A DNA stretch of 35,195 nucleotides from Clostridia bacterium (GTDB taxonomy: Bacteria > Bacillota > Clostridia > Oscillospirales > Butyricicoccaceae). Of the stretch, positions 8,327-18,800 are shown piece after piece (position 1 is the first letter of the stretch; every line of letters starts with the position of its first letter). Location of the stretch: assembly GCA_900763355.1 (NCBI GenBank), contig CAAFJY010000108.1, positions 1-35,195 on the forward strand, written 5' to 3'. Both the position numbers and the translations under genes were made by a program. The notes beneath the pieces are model-generated. The model searched no databases. It had not been told where the DNA came from and saw only the letters and a program-made list of their open reading frames with translations.

Positions 8327-8383
8327 TTTTCCACCGATCGGGAGTGCCCGCTCAGTCAAATCAGACAAGGAAAGGAAATCAGT

Positions 8384-11300
8384 ATGAAACGGAAGATCAT
8401 AAGTCTGATCCTGGCCCTGGCCATGCTCCTGAGCATGATGCCGGCGGCCAGCCTGAGCGTCTTCGCCGCGGATGGGCATACCATCACGGTGAACACAAGC
8501 GCCCAAACGACGTTTGAGACGAAACAGGGCAAACAGGAGACGATCCCCCTGGCGGGTTATTTCACCGACAGTGCGGGACACGATCTCACCTACACTTTGG
8601 AAACGACGGGCCTGGGCCTGCACACCAAGGTCAAGGAGGACACGCTGTACTTTACAGGGTCCGATGCGAAGACCTATTCGGTGGAGGTCAAGGCGGCCTG
8701 CGCCGAGGAAGCGAGCGCCAGCGTCACCTTCACCTTCAAGGTCGCTGAGGCCGACGCCGGGGATGCGCGCCAGTATGGGTACGACGAGACCCCGGCGGAC
8801 AGCGTGACGGTCTATGTCACTGTTTCCAACGACGGCATCCCGCTGCTGGGTAATGACAACACAGTCCTCTCTCACCTGAAGGTTGAGGTCCCCTATTTCG
8901 ACCTGAACAATCAGGGACTGTCGCAGTTTTACCGGTACCATACAGAGAATGGCAGCGGTTCTTATGTAGATAATGTGGTCGTGGAGCGGCCCACCGCTCT
9001 GCACCTCTATCTCTATCTCATCGGGAAATACTATCTGGGCCTGACGGACAAAGAGATCACGCAGGGTTCCGCACAGATCGACGGTGCGGAGGGAAATCAG
9101 GGTGTGTTCTATTTTGATGGCCGCGAGACTGTTCCCTATGAGGACAAAGGCCTGGCGCTCAACGTCACCGGGAGCGCCACGCACATGTATATGAAGGCTT
9201 TCTGGGGCCACGACGAGAACCTGATGTACTACCGCAACCATGTCTATCCTCTCATGAGTCCGGGTACCGGCTCCACGGCGGACTATGTCCTCTTGAGCGA
9301 CGGGGACACCATCGATGTGGCTATGTTCTCCAACTGGAGCTTCTGGCAGAGCGGTGCCTTTGCCTGCTTTGATAAGGATGATTATTCGCTCGAACCGGGC
9401 GGAACGCTGCAATTCACCACGCAGAAATACGATACAAAAAATGTCGCCGACGGCGGCAGCGAGACCATCGAGTCCATCACCGGCCTGGATGTCTTCGTCT
9501 ATGACGAAAACTGGAGGCAGCTGGACAAGGTCTCTCCCGACGAAACCGGCGGCAGCGATTATAGCTATACCTTTGACAAAGCCGGGACCTACTACCTCCT
9601 GGCCATGGATCCCAAAGCGGGGACCAATGATTCCTGCTATGCCCCTGCCACCGCAAAGGTAAAGGTGGCCGTCAACCACACCGTCACCTTCTCCTTCCCC
9701 GAGTGCTTCGAGGGCGAAGCCACCGTGGCGCACGGCGAGGACTACACCTTCAAGCTGGCGGAGCCCTATTTCTCCGACCGGGCGAATTATGAGCTCAGTG
9801 TGAAGCAGATCGGAACGATGGCGCCCAGCACCAGCGCCAACAAGGATGCCATCGACAACGGTGACGGCACCTATACCATCCAGAACGTCACCGGCGATCT
9901 GAAGATCACGCGGAAGCCCAAGGGGAGAAAGCTGGGCTTTACTGTGACCGCCAACAAAGACAAGAAGGACTTGGTCTGCAGCCTGCCCACGGACGAGCCG
10001 GAGTACAAGACGGAGTATGCCTTTAATCTCCAGGATATCGACAGCGACAGCATCTACACCGTGACCGTCAAGGTCAACGGCAAGCCGGTCCCCGTGGAGG
10101 TGGATGACTCCTTGGCCGATATTGGATTCCTGTCCTACACCGTCGATGCCAAGCACATGACCGGCGACGTGGAAATCTATGTGGAGGAGCTGGATAAGAG
10201 CGCCACCATCTCCGTCACCGGCGTGACCCTGGACAAGAGCGCGTTGCGGCTCTTCGTCCCGGGCGGGGAAGCGACCCTGACCGCCACCGTCATCCCCAGT
10301 AACGCCGCCAACCAGACCGTCACCTGGACCTCTTCCGACACCACGGTCGCCGCGGTGGCTGACGGCAAGGTCACCGCTGTTGGCGCGGGCAAAGCCACCA
10401 TCACCGTCACCACCGAGGATGGCGGGCACACCGCCTCCTGCGCCGTCACGGTGCAGGAGGGCGAAGAGCTGACACTTTATGGCCGCATCTACGGCAGTTC
10501 CGTCAACAGCGCCTTTGCCGATCTGACCGGCGATGGCAACGGTGTGGAATACACCTGCCTGGATGTGGAAAAGAAGAGCGGCCTGGATGTGGTGAAGGGC
10601 GTTCTGGACGCCAAAGGCTACACCTATACCGTCACGGCAAACGCAGTCACCAGCATCACCTCCCCCGACGGCGTGACGCTGGCCAACGGCGACGAGACCT
10701 ATGGTCCCGAGTCCGTTTGGGTCGGCACCGTCAACGGGGTCGGCCTGGGAGAGATGGGCATGACCTCTCTGGCTGAGTATATTGTGGACAACGAGTTGAC
10801 CGGCTTTGACGGCGATGAGTTCGTCCTCACATTCACGGAATGCCCGCGTGGGGCGGATGGAGAGCACCATGACACCAACGCTGACAGCAAGTGCGACACC
10901 TGCGGCAAGGTGCTGGTGGCAGAACCCCCCGTCCCCACCCGGAAGGCGGACTACCCCGCCGAGACTGTGGCTACCGTCCAGACCGGGAAGGCCTATCTCC
11001 TTTCCGATCTCCAGACCGGCAAGGTCTTTGACCCCGTGGAGGGCCAGAAGCTGGACTACACGAACTATTACTACCAGCGTTCCACCGACGGCGGTCAGAC
11101 CTGGAGCAACAAGATCGGTTTCCCTGCGGCCACCTTTGGCGGCACCACCATCCAGCTCACCGAGACGGCGGAGGGGACCTACATTTACCGGTTCTATGCC
11201 TCCCACGACGGGAAGAACTTCTCCAAGGACACCTGGACCCTCACCCTCACGGTGCTGGACAATCCGCCCATGGACTTTTCCTTCTTTGTGGGGAAGGACT

Positions 11301-14300
11301 ATACCGGCGGCTATCCCGTCATCAAGCTCTATCCCGTCACCGCCGACAGCGAGGGGAATGAGACCCTGGGGGGCGAGCTGACGGTCACCCAGGGCGAGAT
11401 CGAGAGCAACTACCAGAAGTTCTCTGCCGATCTCATCGCCGGGCGCTATGCCTACCGGGCCTTTGCCAAAAACGCCGAAACCGGGGCCTATGACGTGGCG
11501 CTGGGCGGCATGACACTGGATCTCCCCGCCGACACCAACGTGGACGGCGGCACCGGCGGCGGAAACAGCGTCTATCTCCAGTGCAATTCCTTCTACGTCA
11601 CTTCGAAGAAAACGGATAACACCTATTTCACCGCGGACGAGTACTATGTGGAAGTGGTCTGCCCCATCATGAAGACCTCCTGCGTCATGGGCGACGCCTA
11701 TGTGAAGGGGAATTACACCTATTATCCCACCGTCCTCTATGCCGCGGGTAACGCCTGCCTGTATAACCTCTATGCCTATCCCGACATCGAGGGCTATATG
11801 TTCACCCAGACCATCAACCAGACCTTCCGGGCCGGGTATTCCGCGAACGCCAAGAGCCTGAGCCTCAACACGGCGGTCACGCTCACGGTCACCGTGCCGG
11901 AAAGCGCCGATTTCGGCCTGTATTTCCAGTGGAACAACTTCAACACCACAAAAGTGGAGCCCCTCGGCAGCTGGACGGTCAACGGCGACGGCACCAAGAC
12001 CGCGTCTTATCAGATCTCCAAGACCAACGGCAACTACACCTGGCGCATGAGCGACAGCACCCATGTCACCCAGGCCGGCTGGCTGGCCAGCCAGAGCGGC
12101 GATGCCAGTCTGGCCTTTGCCTTCGCGGAGGATGCGGCCACCGACCGGGTGTCCCACGATTTCTCCCAGCTGGGGAGCCAGACCGCACTCCGGGACGAGG
12201 CCGATCTCCAGGTCAATCTGGACCCCACCGGGTACAAGGCTCTCACCGGCACCACCCGCGTCCGGGCCTATCGCCACTGGCAGCTCATCAACTCCGACGC
12301 CGGGAACATCATGGTGGAGCCCGACTTCCACTGGAACGTCCTCTCCGGCAACGCGTCCTTTGAGACCGTCAACGGCGGCAACACCAAGGCCAACTGGGCC
12401 GACGTCACCCCCGGGACGGAGGATTCCATCCTCACCGTCTATTATGACAGCGTGGATGTGAACCATGGCAGCTACGGCACCCACGGCGGGCTCTATCCCG
12501 CCACCCAGCCCAACCGTCTGGGCGTTATCGTAGTGGGCGGCAGCGGCGTGTCCCACGGTACCGCCGACGCCCATGTGAAATACAACATGGCCGCCGGGGC
12601 CACCACCACCCGCTCCGCCGAATGGGATTACAACTACGATACCTGGTTCTATGAAGCCAGTGAGACCGCGCCCGCCCTCACCTTCACCGTGACGGGCACC
12701 GGCGACACCACGGTGGAATATGCCTTTGTCACCGCCAATGCCGACATGACGGCGGTCAAGACCGATTTCACCGCTGTTTCCGCCGAAAATGGGACCTATA
12801 CCGTTCCTCTGGCGGGCTTCCGCACCCTGGGGGCCGGGAAGGGCGGCACGGTCGTCATCAAGATGACTGACAGCACCGGTGTTTCCTACCGCCTGGTGCG
12901 CGTGGCCGAGGTCACCATCACTGCGGAAAACCTCTCCAACCCCGGGGAGGTCATCATGCCCGGCGACCAGGTCAAGCTCACCTGGACGGGGATGTACCGC
13001 GCCGTGAACAAGATCTCCGGCATCTTTAACCCGCTGCAGTTCAAGCCCACCTATTATCAGGGCGAGACCAAGTATGAGGGCGCGCTGGGCCAGTATCAGA
13101 AGATGAACAACGCCAGCGTCACCGTCGCCATCCCCAAGGATGTGACCTTCGCCGAGGGCGAGGACAGCGTGAAGCTGACCTTCACCGGCGGCTATACCTA
13201 TGGCAGCATGTATTCTGCCTCCAACCCCTTTGCCTTCCTTTACACCATGACCGACACCGGCGTGGGGACCAACTTCAACGCCGTCACCGTCAATTATTAC
13301 ATGAACCACTATGCCGACGCGGTGGTGACGGTCTCCCGCAAGGTGCTCTATGATACCGCGCTCCGCGTCACCGACGAGAGCGGCGCGGCGCTGGAGGGCG
13401 CTGCCGTCGCCCTCACCGGGCCCGAGGGGGATGTGGAAGCCGGGGCCAACGGCCGCTACAGCCTGGGCTACGGGAAATATTCCTATGTCCTGCGCAAAGA
13501 CGGCTATGTGGTCACCCGGGGCAGCTTTGCCCTGGGCTCTGCCGACGCGGACAAGCTGGTGGAGGGCGTTCTCACCATCTCCGCCTCTATGGCCAAGGCC
13601 GGGGAAAATGCCTGGGACGGCACGACCCTCACCGAGCCCACGAAGGATACCGATGGGGCCTGGCTCATCGGCACCGCCGCCGAGCTGGCCTGGTTTGCCA
13701 AGAATGGCGACAAGGGCAGCGCCAAGCTCACCGCCGACATCGACCTGGCGGGCTATGACTGGACCCCCATGAACAAGCTCTACGGCACCTTTGACGGTCA
13801 GGGCCATGTCATCCGCAACCTGTATATCAACAGCAGCAGCTACCCCGTGGGCCTGTTCGGGTATCTCCAGGGCGGGGCCAGCGTCACCCGGCTGGGTGTC
13901 ACCGGCGATGTGACGACCACGAACAAGAGTTACGGTCAGGCCGGCGGCATCGCGGGCTATATGGAAGATAACAGCTCCATCACCCAGTGCTTCAGCGCGG
14001 TCAATGTTACCAGCGGGAAGCACGGCGGCGGCATCGCGGGGTATACCAACACAACCAATGTGGTCATCTCCGACTGCTATGCCACCGGAAACATCACCAC
14101 CGTGTCCGCCAACGAGTGCTATCTGGGCGGCATCTGCGGCAGCTTCTACAACCAGCATGCCGGCGCGAAGCTGACGAACTGCTACTTCAGCGGCACAGTC
14201 AAGGGCTCCGGTGGAAACGCTTCTTATGTGGGCGGCCTGTCTCCCATTCCGAATGAGACATACTTCAGTAACTGCTATTATTTGACTGGCTGCGTCTCCG

Positions 14301-15601
14301 GCGAGAGCCCCAAATACGGCATCACCGGCCTGGGCACCGCCAAGACCGCCGAAGAGCTCAAGGCTCTGGCTCCCACCCTGGGCGGCTGGTTCACCGCCGA
14401 TGCGGGCGGGATCAACAGCGGCTATCCCATCCTCAAGTGGCAGATCGGGCTGAGCTACACCCCCGTGGAGTCGGTCACCCTGGACCAGACCGAGCTGGAG
14501 CTCATCGTGGGCAAGGAAGCGACTCTGACGGCCGCTGCCGCGCCTGCGGATGCCAGCGAGCAGAGCGTCACCTGGACCTCCTCGGCTCCCGAGATCGCCC
14601 GGGTGGAAAACGGCAAGATCACCGCCCTGGCCGAGGGCACTGCCACCATCACCGTCACCACCGTTGACGGCGGTAAGACCGCCCAGTGCCAGGTGACCGT
14701 CAAGCCGATCCCCACCTATTCCGTCACCCTCCCCGCCGACTTCACCGGCGAGAGCACCGTGCAAGACGGCGCGGACTACACCTTCACCGCCAAGGATCCT
14801 GCGAAGTACATCTACACCGTCACTGCCGCGGTGGACGGCGAGACCGTCAGCGTCACCGACAACGGCGACGGGACCTATACGGTCAAAAATGTCACCGGCG
14901 ACCTGGTGATCGAAGCCACCAAGGTCCGCCGGAGCGAGCCCATCACCCCCGTCGGCCCCGCCAAGCCGGACAAGCCCGCCGAGCCCGAAAAGCCCGAACT
15001 CACGGCGCACGCTGCCTTTGTCACCGGGTATGCCGACGGGACGGTGCGTCCCCTGAACAACATCACGCGCAGCGAGGTCGCCGCTATGCTGTGCCGTCTC
15101 CTGACGGAAAGCCAGAAGCAGAATGTGCCGCAGGCGGGCAAGACCTTCTCCGATGTACCTGCGGACGCCTGGTATCGTGAAAACGTTTTGATCCTCGCGG
15201 GGATGGGCGTTATCACCGGGCGGACAGACGGAACCTTTGCCCCCGCACAGAACATCACCCGGGCAGAGTTTGCCGTCATGCTCGTCCGCTTTGCCGGTCT
15301 CACTGGGGAGATGGACAGCGAGGTCACCTTCTCTGACATTTCCGGTCACTGGGCCGAAAGCGCCATCCGCGCCGCCGCTGCCCAGGGCTGGGTCAAGGGC
15401 ATGCGCGACGGGACCTTCCGTCCCGACGACAGCATCACCCGGGCGGAGGCCATGGCCATGCTCTGCCGGATGCTGGGCTGCGAGCCCGCCTCCGCTGCCG
15501 AACTGCCGGAGAATATGCCGGTCTTTGCCGACAATGCCGACACCGGGGCCTGGTATTACCTCTATGTTCAGGAGGCTGCCTGCGCCCGAAACGGGGAATA
15601 A
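8384..15601 (+). CDS. Giant (2405 aa) secreted, SLH-anchored multidomain surface protein
   Basis: ORF 8324..15601 trimmed to the ATG at 8384 behind AAGGAAAGGAAA. Domains in order:
- Signal peptide MKRKIISLILALAMLLSMMPAASLSVFA.
- DUF4430-like segments at ~8798-9330 (ends LMYYRNHVYPLMSPGTGSTADYVLLSDGDTIDVAMF) and ~10469-10845.
- Big_2 domains at ~10209-10455 and ~14465-14705 (..TWTSSD/A..A.V..GK.TA...G.ATITVTT.DGG).
- CarboxypepD_reg-like segment at ~13365-13535.
- GLUG/beta-helix-type block at ~13610-14443 (GLFGY.., GGIAGY.. x2, GGICGS.., ends GYPILKWQ).
- Three SLH repeats at ~15000-15480. Confidence 0.9.
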   Translation: MKRKIISLILALAMLLSMMPAASLSVFAADGHTITVNTSAQTTFETKQGKQETIPLAGYFTDSAGHDLTYTLETTGLGLHTKVKEDTLYFTGSDAKTYSVEVKAACAEEASASVTFTFKVAEADAGDARQYGYDETPADSVTVYVTVSNDGIPLLGNDNTVLSHLKVEVPYFDLNNQGLSQFYRYHTENGSGSYVDNVVVERPTALHLYLYLIGKYYLGLTDKEITQGSAQIDGAEGNQGVFYFDGRETVPYEDKGLALNVTGSATHMYMKAFWGHDENLMYYRNHVYPLMSPGTGSTADYVLLSDGDTIDVAMFSNWSFWQSGAFACFDKDDYSLEPGGTLQFTTQKYDTKNVADGGSETIESITGLDVFVYDENWRQLDKVSPDETGGSDYSYTFDKAGTYYLLAMDPKAGTNDSCYAPATAKVKVAVNHTVTFSFPECFEGEATVAHGEDYTFKLAEPYFSDRANYELSVKQIGTMAPSTSANKDAIDNGDGTYTIQNVTGDLKITRKPKGRKLGFTVTANKDKKDLVCSLPTDEPEYKTEYAFNLQDIDSDSIYTVTVKVNGKPVPVEVDDSLADIGFLSYTVDAKHMTGDVEIYVEELDKSATISVTGVTLDKSALRLFVPGGEATLTATVIPSNAANQTVTWTSSDTTVAAVADGKVTAVGAGKATITVTTEDGGHTASCAVTVQEGEELTLYGRIYGSSVNSAFADLTGDGNGVEYTCLDVEKKSGLDVVKGVLDAKGYTYTVTANAVTSITSPDGVTLANGDETYGPESVWVGTVNGVGLGEMGMTSLAEYIVDNELTGFDGDEFVLTFTECPRGADGEHHDTNADSKCDTCGKVLVAEPPVPTRKADYPAETVATVQTGKAYLLSDLQTGKVFDPVEGQKLDYTNYYYQRSTDGGQTWSNKIGFPAATFGGTTIQLTETAEGTYIYRFYASHDGKNFSKDTWTLTLTVLDNPPMDFSFFVGKDYTGGYPVIKLYPVTADSEGNETLGGELTVTQGEIESNYQKFSADLIAGRYAYRAFAKNAETGAYDVALGGMTLDLPADTNVDGGTGGGNSVYLQCNSFYVTSKKTDNTYFTADEYYVEVVCPIMKTSCVMGDAYVKGNYTYYPTVLYAAGNACLYNLYAYPDIEGYMFTQTINQTFRAGYSANAKSLSLNTAVTLTVTVPESADFGLYFQWNNFNTTKVEPLGSWTVNGDGTKTASYQISKTNGNYTWRMSDSTHVTQAGWLASQSGDASLAFAFAEDAATDRVSHDFSQLGSQTALRDEADLQVNLDPTGYKALTGTTRVRAYRHWQLINSDAGNIMVEPDFHWNVLSGNASFETVNGGNTKANWADVTPGTEDSILTVYYDSVDVNHGSYGTHGGLYPATQPNRLGVIVVGGSGVSHGTADAHVKYNMAAGATTTRSAEWDYNYDTWFYEASETAPALTFTVTGTGDTTVEYAFVTANADMTAVKTDFTAVSAENGTYTVPLAGFRTLGAGKGGTVVIKMTDSTGVSYRLVRVAEVTITAENLSNPGEVIMPGDQVKLTWTGMYRAVNKISGIFNPLQFKPTYYQGETKYEGALGQYQKMNNASVTVAIPKDVTFAEGEDSVKLTFTGGYTYGSMYSASNPFAFLYTMTDTGVGTNFNAVTVNYYMNHYADAVVTVSRKVLYDTALRVTDESGAALEGAAVALTGPEGDVEAGANGRYSLGYGKYSYVLRKDGYVVTRGSFALGSADADKLVEGVLTISASMAKAGENAWDGTTLTEPTKDTDGAWLIGTAAELAWFAKNGDKGSAKLTADIDLAGYDWTPMNKLYGTFDGQGHVIRNLYINSSSYPVGLFGYLQGGASVTRLGVTGDVTTTNKSYGQAGGIAGYMEDNSSITQCFSAVNVTSGKHGGGIAGYTNTTNVVISDCYATGNITTVSANECYLGGICGSFYNQHAGAKLTNCYFSGTVKGSGGNASYVGGLSPIPNETYFSNCYYLTGCVSGESPKYGITGLGTAKTAEELKALAPTLGGWFTADAGGINSGYPILKWQIGLSYTPVESVTLDQTELELIVGKEATLTAAAAPADASEQSVTWTSSAPEIARVENGKITALAEGTATITVTTVDGGKTAQCQVTVKPIPTYSVTLPADFTGESTVQDGADYTFTAKDPAKYIYTVTAAVDGETVSVTDNGDGTYTVKNVTGDLVIEATKVRRSEPITPVGPAKPDKPAEPEKPELTAHAAFVTGYADGTVRPLNNITRSEVAAMLCRLLTESQKQNVPQAGKTFSDVPADAWYRENVLILAGMGVITGRTDGTFAPAQNITRAEFAVMLVRFAGLTGEMDSEVTFSDISGHWAESAIRAAAAQGWVKGMRDGTFRPDDSITRAEAMAMLCRMLGCEPASAAELPENMPVFADNADTGAWYYLYVQEAACARNGE

Positions 15602-15646
15602 ACAGATTTCAGCAAAACGGATGATTTTTTAGATCAAACGGATGCA

Positions 15647-15690
15647 GCGAGGTGCGCCGAGCGGGCGCACCTCGCCTCCGTATCTTTTTA
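15647..15690 (+). terminator. Hairpin pair after the giant gene (possible partial terminator)
   Basis: GCGAGGTGCGCC gagcg GGCGCACCTCGC forms a 12-bp stem at 15647-15675. It is followed by a second small hairpin, CTCCGTA tctttt TACGGAG. The T-run is short and offset from the first stem, so termination may be leaky. Confidence 0.5.
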
Positions 15691-15835
15691 CGGAGCACCG
15701 CGCGGCGCCGCGGTGAAGGGACCGGAAGCGGCAGAGCTCCTTCCGGGCCTTTCAGGACGACGCCGAAGCCCTTTTTCGGGGGCAGGTCATCGTGTTTTTA
15801 CCTTTTTACGCAAAAAATCACCACAGGGAGCGTTT

Positions 15836-18800
15836 ATGAACGGATTTTGGAAAAACAAATGGATCCAGCGGGGGGCCTGTGCCCTTTTGTGTATCGGGAT
15901 GCTCCTGGCGGCCTTTTTGGCCGGCGGGGGAGAAAGCCTGGGGCCCAAGGCCCCTCAGCCCGGGGAACAGCAGAGTCTGGAGCTCCTCACCGGGGGCGAG
16001 TCCGCTGCACAGACGACCGGGACCGGCGGCACCTCTGCCAGTGACAGCGCCGGCCCCGGCAGCGGCGGAGAGGGGGACGATCCCGCTCCCGACACTCCGC
16101 CCGACCCGGACGGGACTCAGGATCCCGCCCCCGTGACGCCCGAGCCCGACAACACCCAGACGCCCGGCGACGCCCCCGACCCCGACAGCGGGGACGCGCC
16201 CCAGCCCTCCGCCTCCGACGCCCGGGATCCCGGCCAGACCAACGGCACCACCGTGGACACCGATGAGCCCGGTTCCCTGGACACCCCGGACGACACCGGG
16301 ACCCAGGGGGGCGACGACAGCACGCTGGACCTGGGGGCCGTCTTCACCTGGCAGAAATATGGCCGGGAGGACAGCACCATCGTCTGCGACCCCGGAGGAC
16401 GGGTGCGGCGGACGGTTTTGTGGAACCAGGTCCCCGGCGGGCGGCTGGAATATGAGGTCGCCCTCTTCGGCGACGACGCCATCTATGCGGAACTCGAGTC
16501 CCTCCGCTTTTCCGAGGGGAACGGCCGGGCCCAGGAGCTGGACCCCTTTGGCCGGGTCACCCTGGAGCGCCGGGAGGACGGCGCGCGCAATTATATCTTC
16601 ACCGTTACCGCCCGGGTGGAAAAGCCCGGGGAAAATGACCAGAGCCGGACGGAGACCGTCACCTTTACCTTTGTCATCCGCTACCAGGATGGACTGGATC
16701 TGGAGCTGGAGCTGGACTGGACCCGCAGCGGGAGCCTTTCCACCATCCGGGTGGCCGCCGACGGGGCGGCCCGGCGGACGGTGCTGGGCAGCGAGCTGAC
16801 TGAGGGGGCCTTCCGCTATTCCCTCTCCCTCACGGGGGAGAGCGCGACCGACGGGGAGATCCTCTCGGCGGAATATTCCGCCGACGGGGGAGAAGGCGGC
16901 GCGCTGGATACGGAGAGCGGCACCCTGACTCTCACCCCCGGGGCCGACGGGACCCGGGAATACACCCTCCTCATCACCGCCCTGGTGGATGACGGGGGCG
17001 AGGAGCGCACCGTCACCTTCACCGTCACCCTGGACTACCAGGCCGGAGTGGATCTTCGGCTCATTCTCACCTGGCAATACCGGGGCATCACTCCCCGCAC
17101 GGCGGAGTGCCAGCCCGATAGCCGCGCTGCCCTCACCATCAAGCAGAATCAGCTCAGCCGGGGCGAGCTGCTTTATGCGCTGGATCTGGAGGGCGAAAGC
17201 GCGCCCCGGGCGCATCTGCTGTCCGCCAGCCTGGAGGGCCCCGGCGGCAGCCAGGATCTCTCCGACCGGGGGAGCGCCACCCTCTCTCTGCCAGAGGGGC
17301 AGACCGAGAGCGCCTATGTCCTCCGGGCCCGGGCGCTCCTGGAGGATACCGGGCGGGAGGTCTCCTTCGCCTTCCGCCTGACCTACACCGCCGACGCGGC
17401 CATGACCATGGAATATACCCTCCTGGCGGAGGGGCAGCCCCAGACCGTCACCCTATCCTGTGAAAACGGGCGGACGGTCACCGCCGAGCGCATCTATTCC
17501 GACCAGCTGACCGAGGACACCCTCCCGGTCTCCTTCCTCCTGACGGGGGAGGGGATGACCATCGAGCGCATCACCCTCTACCAGAGCGGCAGCGGGCGGG
17601 AGCGCACCCTGGCCCAGAGCCCCGGCAGCCTGTGGAACGGGGAAGCCCTCCTTCTCACCGACGGGGAGCGGGAGGGGGAGAACCGCTTCACCGTCTCGGC
17701 CCGGGATGGGGAGGGAACAGCCTATACCTTCACCTTCCATCTCCCCTTTATCCGCCGGGGAAACAAGACCATCGACATCGAGACCAATCTCCCGGAGGAT
17801 CGCACCATCCGCAACGAGACCGATTATGACCTCCGCATCCGCGCCCGGACGATGGAGGCCGATGGAAGCGTCTTTGCCGTCATCCGCGCCAACGGCGTGA
17901 CCCTCACCCTGGACGGGGAAAAGCTGGAATATACCGGCGCTTCCGGCGAATGGCTGCAATACAAGCTCTATGCCAAAAATCCCCCGGAGGGGGACGACAA
18001 TACCCACATCCTGGTCATCCACGCCCGGGATGACTACGGCAACGAAAAGACCGAGACCTATGAGCTCCTGGGTCAGCGCACCGAGGATGGGCAGAAGATC
18101 GGCACGGCCCATATCTACATCGACATGAGCGCCCTGGGCTTGGGGACCACCTCCCGCATCGCCTATGACGTGCTCTCCGGGGAGCCCATCTCCTATGTGG
18201 TGGCCAAGGCCGTCTGGGGCTATGACGCCGGGGAGCCCTACGGCACCGCCCGGGAGACCTTTGGCTGGGACGAGAGCGACTGCTCCTATGGCGGAAAGCT
18301 GGACCAGGGCTTCTACCTGGCCGCCATGGGGGACGGCTCGGACCTGAGCACCCGGGCCAAGGCCCTCTCCGGCGACTGGCGGGACTTTGGCAGCACCGAG
18401 GAGGAGATCCTGGCCGCCATCGACCGGCGCTTCGGCGCGGGCAGCGGCATGGCCGCCCTCTGGCGGTGCATCTACCGCAACGGCATCGAGCTGCGCAGCT
18501 GGGACGATCCCCACACCGTGGGGGAGTTTGACTTCACCAACGGCTCCGGCTGGCTCTATCAGCTGGACGGGGAGTTTTATCCCGGCTCATCCATGTCGGA
18601 CTACACCCTCCAGGATGGGTCGGTCCTGGTGCTGCGCTACACCCTGGCCTATGGCTGGGACGTGAGCGAGGGGCTGGACGGAAATCAGGGAAACACGGTG
18701 GGCTACTGCGCCCGGGCCATCAACGGCCGCATCCAGGTGAATCATCGGGTGGAGGACGGCGTCTGCGTCTCCTGCGGTCTCCGCATGGGGGACTGCACCC

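Noticed and set aside
7966-8334. Small ORFs 8042-8308(+), 8074-8517(+) and 7966-8334(-) upstream of the giant gene.
   Set aside because: They lie inside the cobalamin riboswitch and terminator leader, have no RBS, and give biased translations. The RNA-element interpretation explains the sequence conservation pattern better.
10209-14705. Possible diversity-generating retroelement VR/TR pair or recent duplication, given the two Big_2 domains and the two DNGDGTYT..NVTGDL modules in the giant protein.
   Set aside because: DNA identity between the copies is limited to short runs (for example gtcacctggacctc and gccaccatcaccgtcaccacc). There is no adenine-specific mismatch pattern, and no reverse transcriptase or accessory gene in the window. 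These are ordinary diverged domain paralogues.
8066-15349. A 2427-aa ORF on the minus strand, as long as the giant plus-strand gene it overlaps.
   Set aside because: - It lies in exact codon register with the plus-strand CDS (both triplet sets start at positions congruent to 2 mod 3). Its openness therefore only means that the sense gene uses no TTA, CTA or TCA codons over at least ~2320 codons, which is expected in a high-GC genome.
- Its translation is G/A/V/D/R/H/P-rich with no signal peptide, domains or RBS.
- The plus-strand product has a signal peptide plus Big_2, GLUG and SLH modules and a riboswitch-led 5' end.
- Ribo-seq or proteomics would be the formal test.
15690-15835. Possible third cobalamin riboswitch before the 15836 gene, suggested by GGTGAAGGGACC at ~15708.
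   Set aside because: Only this one short resemblance exists. There is no ACTGT element, no B12-box-like AGYCAG..ACC motif, and no terminator with a T-run before the start codon. I treat the region as ordinary intergenic sequence with hairpins. A cmscan run would settle it.
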